A DNA stretch of 64,000 nucleotides. Source: Octopus sinensis (taxonomy: Eukaryota). Location of the stretch: the NCBI RefSeq assembly GCF_006345805.1, contig NC_042997.1, positions 103,974,001 through 104,038,000 on the forward strand, in the 5' to 3' direction. A program made the position numbers and the translations under genes. The notes below the pieces were generated by a model. That model ran no database searches. It worked only from the letters and a program-made list of their open reading frames with translations, and was not told the origin of the DNA. This document shows, one piece after another, positions 23,685-37,045 of this stretch. Every line of letters begins with the position of its first letter. The stretch's first letter is position 1.

Positions 23685-23880
23685 TATGTTTGTCCCTTAC
23701 AACCGCTTGACAACTCATGTTGATGTTTTTACGTGCCCCTAATTTATCTGTTCAGCAAAAGAGACCTTTAAATTAAGTACCAGTCTTACTAAAAATAGTT
23801 CTGTGGTCGATTTGTTCGGTTAAAGACCCTTAATGGGAAACCCTTGTATGGCCGCCGTCTGATGACTAAAAGAATAAAAA
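23685..23880 (+). mobile_element. Family B SINE, 3' half
   Basis: Reads TTTGTCCC..CCGCTTGACAAC..AAGTACCAG..GGTCGATTTGTTCG..ATGACTAAAAG. Similar 3' halves lie at 11845-11930, 31660-31880, 31905-32105, 37335-37540, 41672-41795 (minus) and 52585-52700. Confidence 0.8.
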
Positions 23881-23940
23881 AGACACACACACATCTACAC
23901 ATACATACACACACGCACAAGCACGCACTCACACATACAT

Positions 23941-23978
<38 letters not shown>

Positions 23979-24023
23979 AGAGAGAGAGGAGACATTTTCG
24001 TTGGTTATTAAAGATGAACTTTT

Positions 24024-24094
24024 ATGTATTTTAACAAACTAAATGAATTTTAAGAAACTAAATGTATTTTAACAAACTAAATGAATTTTGAGAA
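24024..24094. repeat. 19-bp tandem repeat with two alternating variants
   Basis: ATGTATTTTAACAAACTAA and ATGAATTTTAAGAAACTAA alternate for about 3.7 units. Confidence 0.85.
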
Positions 24095-25058
24095 TTTCAG
24101 GATTAAAAGTAATTGCAATAAATGATTTGATCTGAGTTGAATGTTGCTTTTGATCGGACTATGAAAAAACTCTTTCACGTGTGTTCAACTACAGTGAAAT
24201 AAATACTGCAAATTCAGTGCTATTTCGTCTGCAATGATTGATTTATCGTCTGAGTGTTTGGAAAGATGCAATTGTTGATTTGCTGTGACAAAAATATTTT
24301 TTGTGCTGCTAAGAAATGGATATAACCTGTTTATCCCCAATATAGCAACAACTGCGGAATATTTATTTGAAACGTTTTTGACGTTGCATAGTACCTATTC
24401 AATTCTTTATTCGTAAATTATGTTGAAGAATACATTCAAATGCGTCGTTTCTTCTTTTAAAGCGATAGGGCAGGATTTGAAGAATATTTCGTGGCTATTT
24501 CTAGTAGATCGAGTGACCCCCTAGAGATTCCCAAGATATCCGCTATTTTGAGATCCATTAGTAGTATTTGATTATTTCCGTTTGCATTTTGACCTAAATT
24601 GTAAGATAATTAGACGAAGTTGCTTCGACGTATAACGTATTTGCCTCGATTGATTGTTTAGATAAGTGTTACGAGGACTTGATCTCGTATTGAGCTGAGA
24701 AGTAAGGTGTCATACTTTTAAATCCTTTTTTTGAAGAATATGACATATGTCTTATCAGTTTTATAGGTAAGTGTATCACTAGGTCGCTAGGCTACAAAAG
24801 ATGGATTCAAGAACAAACAAATAAATAAATAATATTAAATAATTAAATAAATAGATAAAAGATTTCATTTCCAAAGGGTTTATTTATATGAAATAAACTT
24901 CAAAGATGAAGTGGTAACAAACTGACCTGTTATGATGCGGGCATGTGAAAAGTTGCATTGGTGTAAGTGATTTCACGTAGAATGTTTTAGCTGGAACTCT
25001 TATTGTAATTTCACACGCGTTATATATACATACATACATACATACATACATACATACA

Positions 25059-25094
<36 letters not shown>

Positions 25095-25141
25095 TATTCA
25101 TACATACACAAACATATATATTTATATATACATACATATAT

Positions 25142-25230
<89 letters not shown>

Positions 25231-25274
25231 ATAGAGTATATTTATCAAAATAAAAACATGATGCAAAGGATTTA

Positions 25275-25361
25275 GCGGTACATATGTTTTGGGCCTTTAT
25301 TAGACGGTTTATAACAATGCATAATTGATGTAAATGTGTGTCTATAGCCTTCTTCAGCCGC
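25275..25361 (-). ncRNA. Hammerhead ribozyme relic with extended stem II (G12A)
   Basis: Minus strand reads GCGG-CTGAAGA-AGGC.TATAGAC...GTCTA..GCCC-AAAA-CATATG-TA-CCGC. Stem I is GCGG/CCGC, stem III is the palindrome ACATATGT, and the GAAA box is mutated to AAAA. Confidence 0.7.
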
Positions 25362-25487
25362 GTACAATTACTACTTCAAAGACATGTATTACATTATAAG
25401 TTTTACGTTGGGGATGCAAATCCTCATAGTCGCGTACGACAGAGCTTACAATTATCAAGTATTTTTTGTATGTATATAGATATAGAT

Positions 25488-25571
<84 letters not shown>

Positions 25572-25654
25572 ATAGATATGTGAGTTTGTGTATATACATA
25601 CACAGTACACACACGTACACAGATACGCACAGAGCAGATGCACACAAACACCGA

Positions 25655-25715
<61 letters not shown>

Positions 25716-26854
25716 CATGGGTTTCTGCGATTCATTCACAAAGCTTCTATCAGCCTGAGCGTGTGGCAGATTATGATGACGTATGTATTGTTTACACTAT
25801 CTCATGTTTTTAGAGTGTATACCGCTACTGTCAAAATTTTAGCCTTCAAATTGAAAACCTAATTAGTTTGTCATGTGCTGGGTTCCTTTAAACCAAATGT
25901 ACCTGAAGGCGATACTTAAGAAAATACGGTTAACTGCACTTGATAAAATAATTAAACGAAAATACTTTTGGTATTGAGTACAGAGCTATGGCCCGCTGGT
26001 GTAAAAGCATTGATGCAAACGACAAGAACATTTAATAAGCAAATCACAACCTTTTCATAACGTTTGGTATTAATGTTTCATATTCCAACAGTCTTGTTTA
26101 TTTCTGCAACTAACTGAGAAAGAAATTCATTCACCAAAATCCGTTCCCATAAAAACAAAGCAAAGCAAGGAAATCGTGTAATTCTTCATGGTTTAATCAA
26201 TGTTCAAGCTGTGAGTATCCTGTCTCTCATGTTTGTAGAGTGTCACGCATTGTAAGTTTTTACTATATGGTTCTCATTTTAGAGGTGATAGGGTACCTTA
26301 AGGGATTGTTACATTGCGTGGGCCGAGAATTATATAGAATTATCAACGCATTGTTTTAAACGCAAACAATACTACAGCTTAGCAGGCCTAAAACATACGA
26401 AAGACTAGTGGGAAAATCTGTGAGCGTTCGTCAGTCATTTCCACTAAATTCGTAAAAACTCAAAACATTAACTTCCTGAATGAATTTACCTTTCTAGATT
26501 TCACTGTAGTTTCTAAGTCTAAATAAACAGTAGATAGTGGAACTATAAACAATACGCCTCTGGATAATTAATGACGGTACTCAGTGGGTAATGAAATACT
26601 AACACAGAATTGAAACTGACCCGGTTGGTCCTACTTATAATGTTCTCGGAGATATGGTATTTGAAATCAAGTTACTTTTATCTACTTATTACATATTATA
26701 TGGGTAGAAACTTATGAATTTATTCTGCAGTACAGAATAGTATTGAAGTACAAATACTGTAATCTATCTATCGAACTCGTTCCCGAGAATAAGTTATATA
26801 TGCATGTCATTCTTACCTATTTATGAAAGCCCTTTTTTTATTCTTTTTCTTTTT

Positions 26855-27044
26855 TCTTTTACTTGTTTCAGTCATTTGACTGCGGCCATTCTGGAGCACC
26901 GCCTTTAGTCGAACAGATCGACCCCAGGACTTATTCTTTGTTAGCCAAGTACTTATTCTATCGGTTTCTATTGCCGAACCGCTAGGTGACGGGGACGTAA
27001 GCACACCAGCATTGGTTGTCAAGCGATGTTGGGGGACAACACAC

Positions 27045-27123
<79 letters not shown>

Positions 27124-27255
27124 CGACGGGCTTTTTTCAGTTTCCGTCTACCAAATCCAGTCACAAGGCTTTGTTTGGTTGGCCCGAGTCTATAGTAGAA
27201 GACACTTGCCCAAGGTGCCACGCAAGCTACTTACCATACACCCACTCCTAAGCCC
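26855..27255 (-). mobile_element. Family B CORE-type SINE with expanded internal microsatellite
   Basis: Reverse complement of the 32240-32648 sequence, with an internal (CA)n(TA)n at 27040-27123 and a deletion in the tRNA head. Confidence 0.92.
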
Positions 27256-27423
27256 TTATGGTCACTTTATAAGAATTGTTCCTGTGGACTCTTCAAACAG
27301 ATTACTTTGATGTTGATTATATTTCTGTGTCTGTCCTACGTGTACGCTTTGTAGTATTTAATGCATTTTTTATTTTTTGAATAACTGAACGCCATGCATC
27401 CCGACTTTTGTTAACGTTAAGTT

Positions 27424-27512
<89 letters not shown>

Positions 27513-28462
27513 TGTGTGTGTTGTGTGTGTGTGTGCGTGTGTGTGTGTGTATACATATATGTACATATATGCATATATGTATGTATATATATAGAGAGAG
27601 TCATACACATATATATATAATCATAATACATACATACATTTATATACCACCCATGTTCTACCTTACACGCCTATCAGAGTTCACTCATACTTTTTGTTTT
27701 CTTAATTTGAAATAATGTTCCACTTTCTTTTATTAATTCGTGGTTTTCATTTTTTCCTCTATGTGTGTGTGTCGAGATTAAGTCTTAAAGTCTTGTCATT
27801 GACGTCGCTTATGATAACGAAGAAGGATATTACGTGGACTGATATTAACATCTTAGTGTTGATGATGGTGATGTTAATTCAATCAGACATGTTGTAAGTT
27901 TTGTTATTACTCTTGTTCGGGATGTCATTTTTATCAGTATGAATGCTTTTGATGTTTTCCAACTAACTGTTGGTAATATTGATTGATGTTTGTAGTTAAT
28001 GATCTTGATGTCATTTACTGTGTGCTCTTATTGTTGTTGAGGTTATTGGCGCTACGGGCATTGTTTTAGTTTTTGTCTTCGTATTAAAAATGTTGTTATT
28101 GGTTTGAAATATTCAGATAGGTAAAACAAAGGAATGAGATAGATGGATACTTATTTTTGCTTGTTGTCGTAACGGGGAAAAGCCAAATATTATTAGTTAT
28201 TGAAAGGGAAGTAGAAGGGATAATGCGCATTAAGAGAGTCAGCAAAGGGATGGAGAAATGGGGAGGGATCGATTTATAATTAAGATAACTGCATCGAATA
28301 TGGGAATAATTGGAGGTCAAAAAATTATTAGGGGCGTATTAGGACAAACGGGAGAGAGATACGTACCCATATACAGACATACATGTTGGCATGCATACAT
28401 ACATGGCTCTCTCTGAGTCTCTCTCTCTATATCATACATATATATATACATACACAGTTATA

Positions 28463-28523
<61 letters not shown>

Positions 28524-29387
28524 TATATATATATAATATATATATATATAATATATACATACATACATTCGTATGTATGTATGCGCGCGTGTGTGTGTGT
28601 ATATACATGAAGAAGTGAGTAAAAAGTAAGACGTAAATAGACAGATAGATAGAGGGGGGAGGGGAGGGATAGAGTAAGAGGGGTTAATGATCCGAGAGCG
28701 TAACAACAGAAAGATATACTCTTACTCATTGTTTAGAGTTATATGTTGATATAGAAAGAGAAAATTTAAAGTTAAAAGAACAACAAGATGGAGTAAGTAT
28801 GTATATAGAGTGGTGGCTGTGTAATTGTTTTGCTCTGTTCCTCAGTGTGTATATGAGAAAAAGAGAGACAGAGAGAGAAAGAAAGAGCATTATGGTTTAC
28901 TGTGTGTGTATGTGTAGGGGATCAAGTGTGTGTGCATGTGTGTGCGTGCGGCGCGTGCGTTTTTGCGCGTATAAAGACAGACAGAAATATAGAATGGGAA
29001 CGTTAAGCTGAAAAATTATAGTATAGGATGTAAAGAAAGAAGACAAAACGAAATATAAAAAAGAAGTTGAAGTTAAACTTATCCTTTAACTCTTACATTT
29101 TTCTTTCTTTCACGTCCCCACCACCACTATATTTCTAGAACATAAATAAAGATATATCTATAACCATCAAATCAATGCAGATAAAATTTTAAACAATATT
29201 GACATAATTTCTTGTAAATACTTTGAACTGTTTAAAACCTTAACCTCTGCTGTTCTCGTTAAATCTGAATCGTTGTTGTTATTGACGGTCCTTCGTCTTC
29301 TTCTTTTCTTCCCACTTCTACTTGGCCTCTGTGCTTTCTTTACATTTTCTTGTTTTCTTGTCTTTATTGGGGTTGGCGTTATAATAG

Positions 29388-29451
<64 letters not shown>

Positions 29452-29473
29452 GTAGTTGTTGTTGTTATTATTG

Positions 29474-29548
<75 letters not shown>

Positions 29549-29893
29549 TTGTTGTTGTTGTTGTTTCCTCGTATACTGCAATGCTTCTTTCTTTCTTTCT
29601 CACTTCATATTTTTCTCATCATTTATTGTTGATTAAGATAATAACAAGAAAAGAATTAAAAAAAAACACGAAATAAATCAAAACAAAAATAATTGAAAAA
29701 TAAAATACATTTTTTCCCCCCTTTCTTATTTTCTTGGTGTTTTCTTAAATTTCTATATTTTTTCCTTGATGTTTTCTTTGTTATTTTTGTCTGCTTAATT
29801 ATTATTCTTTTTAAATTTTACTGTTCGTAATGTTGATTTAAAAAAAAAAAGAATATATTTATTACTCTTGTCTTTGTTCTTGTTGTTGTTCCA

Positions 29894-29957
<64 letters not shown>

Positions 29958-30297
29958 GTGTTGCTGTTGTTGATGTTGTTATTATTATTATTATTACTAC
30001 ATGGGTGCAGTGAATCATAATATCGCCATATCTTTTATAAACAGGAAGCCTATCAGCTATCGAGAAATTTAAGCATTTGAAAAGTCAAAGGAAGCTAACG
30101 TTCTCTACATGCAAATCCATCTTTGTGAAAATGTGGCAGGTTCTGATAGCGGCATTGATTAGCGACGTTAAACAAAGAAAATTACACGAATTTGTACACA
30201 TATACAGAAATAAACATACGCGGACAACACGTCCCCATACGTCTTCACACATATATATAGTTACACACATGAGCGGGCGTGCACACATAGGATACAT

Positions 30298-30349
<52 letters not shown>

Positions 30350-31225
30350 CATTAATTCAAACACAAAATATTGCGAAAACTATTTTAAAATATGTAAAAA
30401 AATAAATAAACAAATTAAATAAATAAATAGATAAAATAAAACAAAACAGCAGAAAAAAAACAAAATAAAATCGTTATATTATCTTTGAAAAAGTATTGTA
30501 GAGAATTTTTTAAAAACTAAACACAGACAACAACAAGAACATGAATAAAATTGAAAACAAAAACAAGAATAACAACATTTTTAATAATGTTTGATGGTGA
30601 CGATGTTGGTGAGGAGGAACAGAAGAAGGCGGAGGAGGTGGAGGGTGAAGGGCGAAAGTGACGGCAACGCCTGAGCTGATGACGTCGATGTTGGTGGTTC
30701 TTCTATATAGTAATTTCAGTTTATCTGGTAATATGATACACAAATCCTCAGTTTACAGGAAAGGCTAACTAATAAGATTATGTGATGGTCATGCCCTTTT
30801 TTTCAGTAATTTTGCTGACATAATTTAACAATGAATTTAGTTCAAGTCGCAAGCCAGTGTTCATATCTGTATTAAACAAGGAGTATATCTTTAATAAAAT
30901 GCCACAAAACATTGGAAGGAGGCAATATGAAACATCTTAATAAAATTCAAAATAGGACTATTCATTGCCCATTCATATAGAGACTGTTATAATGTTACAA
31001 AGTTATAAAATACATCACATAGGAAATTATATTATTAAATATTTTTCTGGAAATACAGTACTAAATTCACTAAAGCCAAAGCGAAACCAAATAGACAAAT
31101 AAATGATTAAATACATAAATAAATAAATAAAATTGCAAGCCAGTGAGTAGGTATCTATACTGACGATCAACTGGCAAGATGTAGCATATTAGAAGAACTG
31201 AAATTTATTTGTATGTGTGTATCTT

Positions 31226-31648
31226 TCTTATTTCTTTATTGCTCACAAGGGGCTAAACATAGAGGGGGACAAACAAGGACAGACAAAGGGATTAAGTCGA
31301 TTACATCGACCCCATTGCGAAACTGGTACGTAATTTATCGACCCCGAAAGGATGAAAGGCAAAGTCGACCTCGGCGGAATTTGAACTCAGAACGTAACGG
31401 CAGACGAAATACCTATTTCTTTACTATTCACAAGGGGCTAAACATAGAGGGGACAAACAAGGACAGACAAACGGATTAAGTCGATTACATCGACCCCAGT
31501 GCGAAACTGGTACTTAATTTAATCGACGCCGAAAGGATGAAAGGTAAAGTCGACCTCGGCGTAATTTGAACTCAGAACGTAACGGCAGACGAAATACTGT
31601 TAAGCATTTCGCCCAGTGTGCTAACGTTTCTGCCTGCTCGCTGCCTTA
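31226..31648 (-). mobile_element. Family A Meta-type SINE, tandem dimer
   Basis: A full unit (31412-31648) is followed on the minus strand by a 5'-truncated unit starting at GGTATTTCGTCTGCCG. Confidence 0.92.
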
Positions 31649-32239
31649 TGTGTGTATTTTTCTGTCTGTGCTTGTCCTCCACCACTGCTTGACAGCCAGT
31701 GTTGGTGTATTGACCGCGTAACTATCGGAAAAGACTGATAGAATAAGTACCAGGCTTCAAATAAAAAGAAACAAGGAAAGACAAGAAATACTGGGGTCGA
31801 TAAATATAACTAAAAATTCCTCAAGGCGGTGCCCCAGTATGGCAACAGTCTAATGACTGAAACAAGTAAATTGAAAAGTAAAAAAAGCTAATCTCCTTGT
31901 GTGTCTTTGTGTATGTGTTTGTCACCCACCACCACTTGATAATCGCTGTCGGTTTGTTTAGTTCCTCGTTACTTAGCGGTTCGTCAAAAAGACTGATAGA
32001 ATAAATATCTGGTTCAAAAAATGACTACTGGTGTAGATTTGCTTGATTAAGTCCTTTGAGGTGATACTCCAGCATGGTCCAATCACTGAAACAAGTAGAT
32101 AAAAGGTAGAATTTAAAAAGGGCACTTTATAAAAAGAGAGGAAAAGCATATAGAGTACATACAATTGAAACATTGCTGAAACTAGATAAGATCGTGGTTT
32201 CTGAGAAAATAAAAGTAGCTAATCCTATTGGAGTTAATA

Positions 32240-32648
32240 GGCGCAGGAGTGGCTGTGTGGTAAGTAGCTTGCTTACCAACCACATGGTTCTGGGTTCAGC
32301 CCCACTGCTCGGCACCTTGGGCAAGTGTCTTCTACTATAGCCTCGGGCCGACCAAAGCCTTGTGAGTGGATTTGGTAGGCAGAAGCCGAAAGAAGCCCGT
32401 CGTATATATGTATATATATATGTGTGTGTATGTTTGTGTGTCTGTGTTTGTCCCCCCAACACCGTTTGACAACCGATGCTGGTGTGTTTACGTCTCCGTA
32501 ATCTAGCGGTTCGGCAATAGAGACCGATAGAATAAGTACTTACAAAGAATAAGTCCTGGGATCAATTTGCTCGACTAAGGGCGGTGCTCCAGCATGGCCG
32601 CCGTCAAATGACTGAAACAAGTCAAAGAGTAAGAGAGTAAAAGAGAGA
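32240..32648 (+). mobile_element. Family B tRNA-derived CORE-type SINE, well-preserved full-length copy
   Basis: Has an A box (TGGCTGTGTGG), a B-box-like GGGTTCAGCCC, CORE-like GGCACCTTGGGCAAGTGTCTT, an internal TA/TG tract and an A/G-rich tail. Confidence 0.93.
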
Positions 32649-33297
32649 ATGGATGAGACACTAGAGCGAAAAAAGAAGTATCATGCATGAATAAATATAG
32701 AAATTTTAAGAAATTCGTAAGAAGTAAGCAAGCAATAAATTCTTTTTAAATTGTATATTTTGTGCATCTTCTTTCGTATTCCTTAATTTCAAATTCAAAC
32801 TTCTAATTCTACCAAATAAGAAATTATTATCTCATTTGTAGTAATTATCCGCTAGGTGACACTACGAGTGTAAATACAATATCAGCAGAAAAATTTAAAA
32901 TAGTTATAATTACTGCCAACTTTGCGTCTCCTAGAGTAAACAAAGAAGCATCTTTGATTCAGGGATTAGAAAACGGATCACCAAATGAGTATGAAGCAGA
33001 ACTCTGTAGAACTCTCTGAGTTCTGTGATCAAATTTCCCCGCATAATCCTTTAAAAATTGATAAAATGGAGTTGGATTTTTTGTCTGAGGAGATGCTATA
33101 CATTATATACTCCGGCTCGTTACATTCCGCTTTCTTGCATGGTAGACTTAATCAGTCAACTGGTTTAGCACTAGCATTTCGTCTTTGGATATTTTTAATG
33201 GAGTTCACATAAAGCACATAAATACCTTTATTTCTTTTAACCCCAAAAGGTTTTCATCCCAATATTTATATGTTATTATTTATACCATTTATTATAG

Positions 33298-33531
33298 GAG
33301 GGAAGCTGGCAGAATCGTTAGCACGCCGGGCAAAAGTACTTAGCGATATTTCGTCCATCTTTACATTCCTAGTTCAAACTCCGCTGATGTCAACTTTGTC
33401 TTTCATTATGGGGTTGATTTTAATCTCTTTCGGGTCGATAAGATAAGTACCAGGTGAGGATTGGGGTTGGGTGTTTTCGGCTTAATCCTTCCCTCTGAAC
33501 TTGCTGGTTTTGTGCCAAAATTTGAAACCAT
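33298..33531 (+). mobile_element. Family A SINE, diverged
   Basis: Reads GCTGGCAGAATCGTTAGCACGCCGGGC..GTTCAAACTCCGC..GGGTCGATAAGATAAGTACCAG. Other diverged copies lie at about 35815-35962, 38075-38216, 38500-38695 and 45105-45280 (all minus) and at 48930-49075 and 49088-49305 (plus). Confidence 0.85.
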
Positions 33532-34138
33532 TATATATAGCATCTATGTGCTTCAAAATCTATTTCGAAGAAATAATTATTTCATTGTTCCATCGAAAGT
33601 TATTAATATTTTTTTATATAAAAATTATGTATGTATAAATGTAAATCAATGCAAATAAAACAAATAAAAGCAAATTAGAGCGAGCCACAAAAAATAAATT
33701 GCATAAAGAAGACTACAGTTTGGTTGAATCAGAGCACTCATTAACTCCGAGCATCTATTCTTTGTATTAGAATTAGAAAATCAAGTAGTCATTTAGCGTA
33801 CGTGGAATAAGCCGGCAGGTGGAACCCATCTCTGGAGCTGCCTACAATATAAATATGTTCTTAGAGTGATTTTTCCTTAGTAGTCTATAGTTCGGATTTT
33901 CAACATAATCTCTCCCGATAACCCCTTTATCATCATGAAATTATAAGGTAATACTTCACTGACAGTGACTTTTAACTTCGTGGTTGCCGATTCCTGGAAT
34001 GAAAATGTTGCGAGTTTCCCAGTCATTGTTTTATATTACAACTAGTAGTGCTCTAAAAACAGTAGGTTCTTAGATCAGCTGGTGGCCCTTTCTCGACTTT
34101 CCTGCTACATCTGAAAGATGGCCATAATTTTCTGATAA

Positions 34139-34173
<35 letters not shown>

Positions 34174-34944
34174 AACTAAACTTTATCTTTAACAGGTACA
34201 GTTTCGGATTTGCATTGTGCTCTTCAGGGTTTGACAAGACTTAGATAACATATAGACCTCATCCATACATATACCCATGTCATTGTTAACAAATAACAAA
34301 AAATTCAAGTTTTGTAGCTGTATGTATGCATGGGTGTGTGTGTTTGGGTGTGTGTATATGTGTGTGTACATACACACATATGCATGATTCTATTTGAATA
34401 CGCAGTTGAATATACAAATTGCTATTTAATCAAAGGTAAATATAGACTCCTACACCGAAGTTCGTTCACAAATGCACAGATTCACAAGGATGTCATGTAC
34501 ATTTATGTATATTTGAACATGTTTGATAATGTCCATACATTCAAACAGACACAGGCACATACACGCACACACACACACACACACACACATGCATGCAGAC
34601 ATACGGGCATTTATGTGTGTACGTTAGTGCGCGCGTATGTGAGTCTATATAAATCTGTTTTTATGTGTATGTCTGAGTATGTATCTATGTGAGCAGAGTT
34701 GATAGCATAAAAGCAAAAGAAAATATGAAAGGAAGAATGAAGTAGAAAAACAGATAATGGGAATAAAGAAAACAAAACCTGAGTCTGCAACACAAATTAG
34801 TGTGTGTGTGTGTATCTGTATGCATATGTGTGTGTATGTATGTATGCGGGCGTGTATATATATATATATATATACACACGCATACATATATATATATATA
34901 TATATATATACACGACGAATGCATGTATGTATGTGTGTGCGTGC

Positions 34945-35022
<78 letters not shown>

Positions 35023-35732
35023 ATATATATATATCTGTATGTATGTATATATGTATGTATGTTTGTATGTATGTATGTATGTATGTATGTATGTATGTAT
35101 GTATATATGTATGTATGTATGTTTGTATGTTTGCATAGAGGTAGGTATGTCCATGCATTCGTCGACCCACCACCCGAAAACTTCACCACCTGTTCATGTC
35201 ATTGATTAGTTACCAAAACAAGGTCAATTTCGCATCATGTTCTACGTGTTATTGTTATGTCCAACATTAACGCATGGCTAAATAAACGCCTCTCTATGTG
35301 TGTGTCTCGTGTTTAGATTAGCATTATAGCATGATATCAAGAAAGACAGAAATGAAAAGAAAAGATTTGATAGGGAACTTCTGTTTGGATTCATTATTAC
35401 CCTGCTTGTTCTCGTTGTTTATATATGTAAGAACATCACACGGAAGCACACATAATCACACACATCACACACACGCACGAACACACACACACACACAAAC
35501 ACATTCACACATGTGTGCGCAAGTGTGCAAGTGCGTGTGTTTGTGTAATCCTGAGAAATATGATTTAGTCATTAGTTACACTACTTTGTAGAGGGTAATG
35601 ATGGACCTGCTAACAAATATATTGGTAACGTATAATCAGGTCACGTGAGTAACGATACCACCACCACCACCACTACCACCATATTCACTACTACTACTCC
35701 TCCTCCTCCTCCTCCTCCTACTACTACTACTA

Positions 35733-35779
<47 letters not shown>

Positions 35780-36092
35780 ATAATAATAATAATATAATAA
35801 TAATAATGATAATAGATCCAATTTTGACACAAGGCCAGTAATTGTTAGGATCGGGGGTAAGTCGAGTACATGGAGCCCACTGTATATCTGAAAGGATGAA
35901 AGCAAAGTTAACCTTAGTCGCATTTCATCTCAGGACGTCAAGACGGACGAGATGCCGGTAACTATTATTAGGCCTATCATTTTTTTATTATTTATTTCGA
36001 GCAAGATTAAACAGAAACCAGTTGAAAACTGGGGTCGATCAAATCGACTCTGCACCTTCCCCAAAAGTTCAGGCCTTGTGCCTATAGAAAAG

Positions 36093-36183
<91 letters not shown>

Positions 36184-36185
<2 letters not shown>

Positions 36186-36303
36186 GTCTTTGCACAGCTA
36201 ACGCTGAAGATGTACTACGGTGTCAGCTGTTCACTACCAGTGAACTAAGGTATAATACACCTTATTTTTCGAGCAATATCCGGAGTACTCGAGCGGTTCC
36301 AAG

Positions 36304-36304
<1 letters not shown>
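36184..36304 (-). mobile_element. Extreme 3' end of an R4/Dong-like LINE inserted in (TAA)n
   Basis: Minus strand reads LLGTARVLRILLEK* plus a short 3' UTR. TGCTTGGAACCGCTCGA is shared with 57171-57187, and (ATT)n flanks both sides. Confidence 0.82.
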
Positions 36305-36367
<63 letters not shown>

Positions 36368-36389
36368 GCTGTTGTTGTTGTTATTATTT

Positions 36390-36790
36390 CTCTTTACCAC
36401 AGGTTTTGTTAGAGCTCCTTGAATCTTGCATGCGCAGCGGGCTTGCTACCTATTTCAATTATCAAATAATTTCCTGATCATTCTGGCCGTGACCAGGGGG
36501 GGGGGGGCAAAGCTTTTACAATAGTTGTACTGGGCACTCTATTCCAATTTCCTTTATATTCCCCTTGATGCCTTCTGACGCTGTTCTCAAGGACCCAACA
36601 ATATTGGCACTATCTTCACCTTCTTCATTTTCCACAGCCGGGCTATTTCGTACTTAAGAGAGTTGTATTTATCTATCTTTTCGCTTTCGTTCTTGACTAT
36701 TCGTGGGTCAAAGGGGCATGCAACGTCAACTACACAATATGTGTGGTACACCTTGTCCGCCATCACTAAGTCGGGTCTGTTATGCTCTAG
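36390..36790 (-). mobile_element. R4/Dong-like LINE 3' fragment (restriction-like endonuclease)
   Basis: Minus strand reads EHNRPDLVMADK..VVDVACPFDPRIVKNESEKIDKYNSLKYEIARLWKMKKVKIVPIFVGSL..TARMIRKLFDN*, showing the RPD..D and K..KY RLE motifs. The 3' end abuts (AAT/AAC)n. Confidence 0.88.
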
Positions 36791-36819
36791 TGGTGTTGGA
36801 CAAAGTGCATTATTATTAT

Positions 36820-37045
36820 TCTTTGCCTACTGGCTGTGGAGAAAGAGTTTGTGCGGTGGAAGAGGCTGAAAGGCATGAGGACAGATACATTTTTCTTTGG
36901 TAGGGCTCTCATTGACTTCTTCAAGTTTCACTTGAAAAGGCAACTGGGAGTGGAGAGGGAAGTGCTGTTCTCGAATGAGTTTATTGAAAGGTAGGTGAAA
37001 GTTGTGAAAATGGCAAGAGTGGATGGTACTTCTCTAAGTGTAGAC
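36820..37045 (+). mobile_element. Possible L1/Tx1-clade LINE C-terminal fragment
   Basis: Translation VEKEFVRWKRLKG..LIDFFKFHLKRQLGVEREVL..EFIER* resembles the K..IW..R....F...W C-terminal pattern of Tx1-type ORF2. Confidence 0.4.

Noticed and set aside
34185-34235. Minus-strand CTGAAGA..GAAAC next to (TA)n
   Set aside because: Stem I does not pair and stem II is not closed next to GAAA. It could be a relic but cannot be supported.
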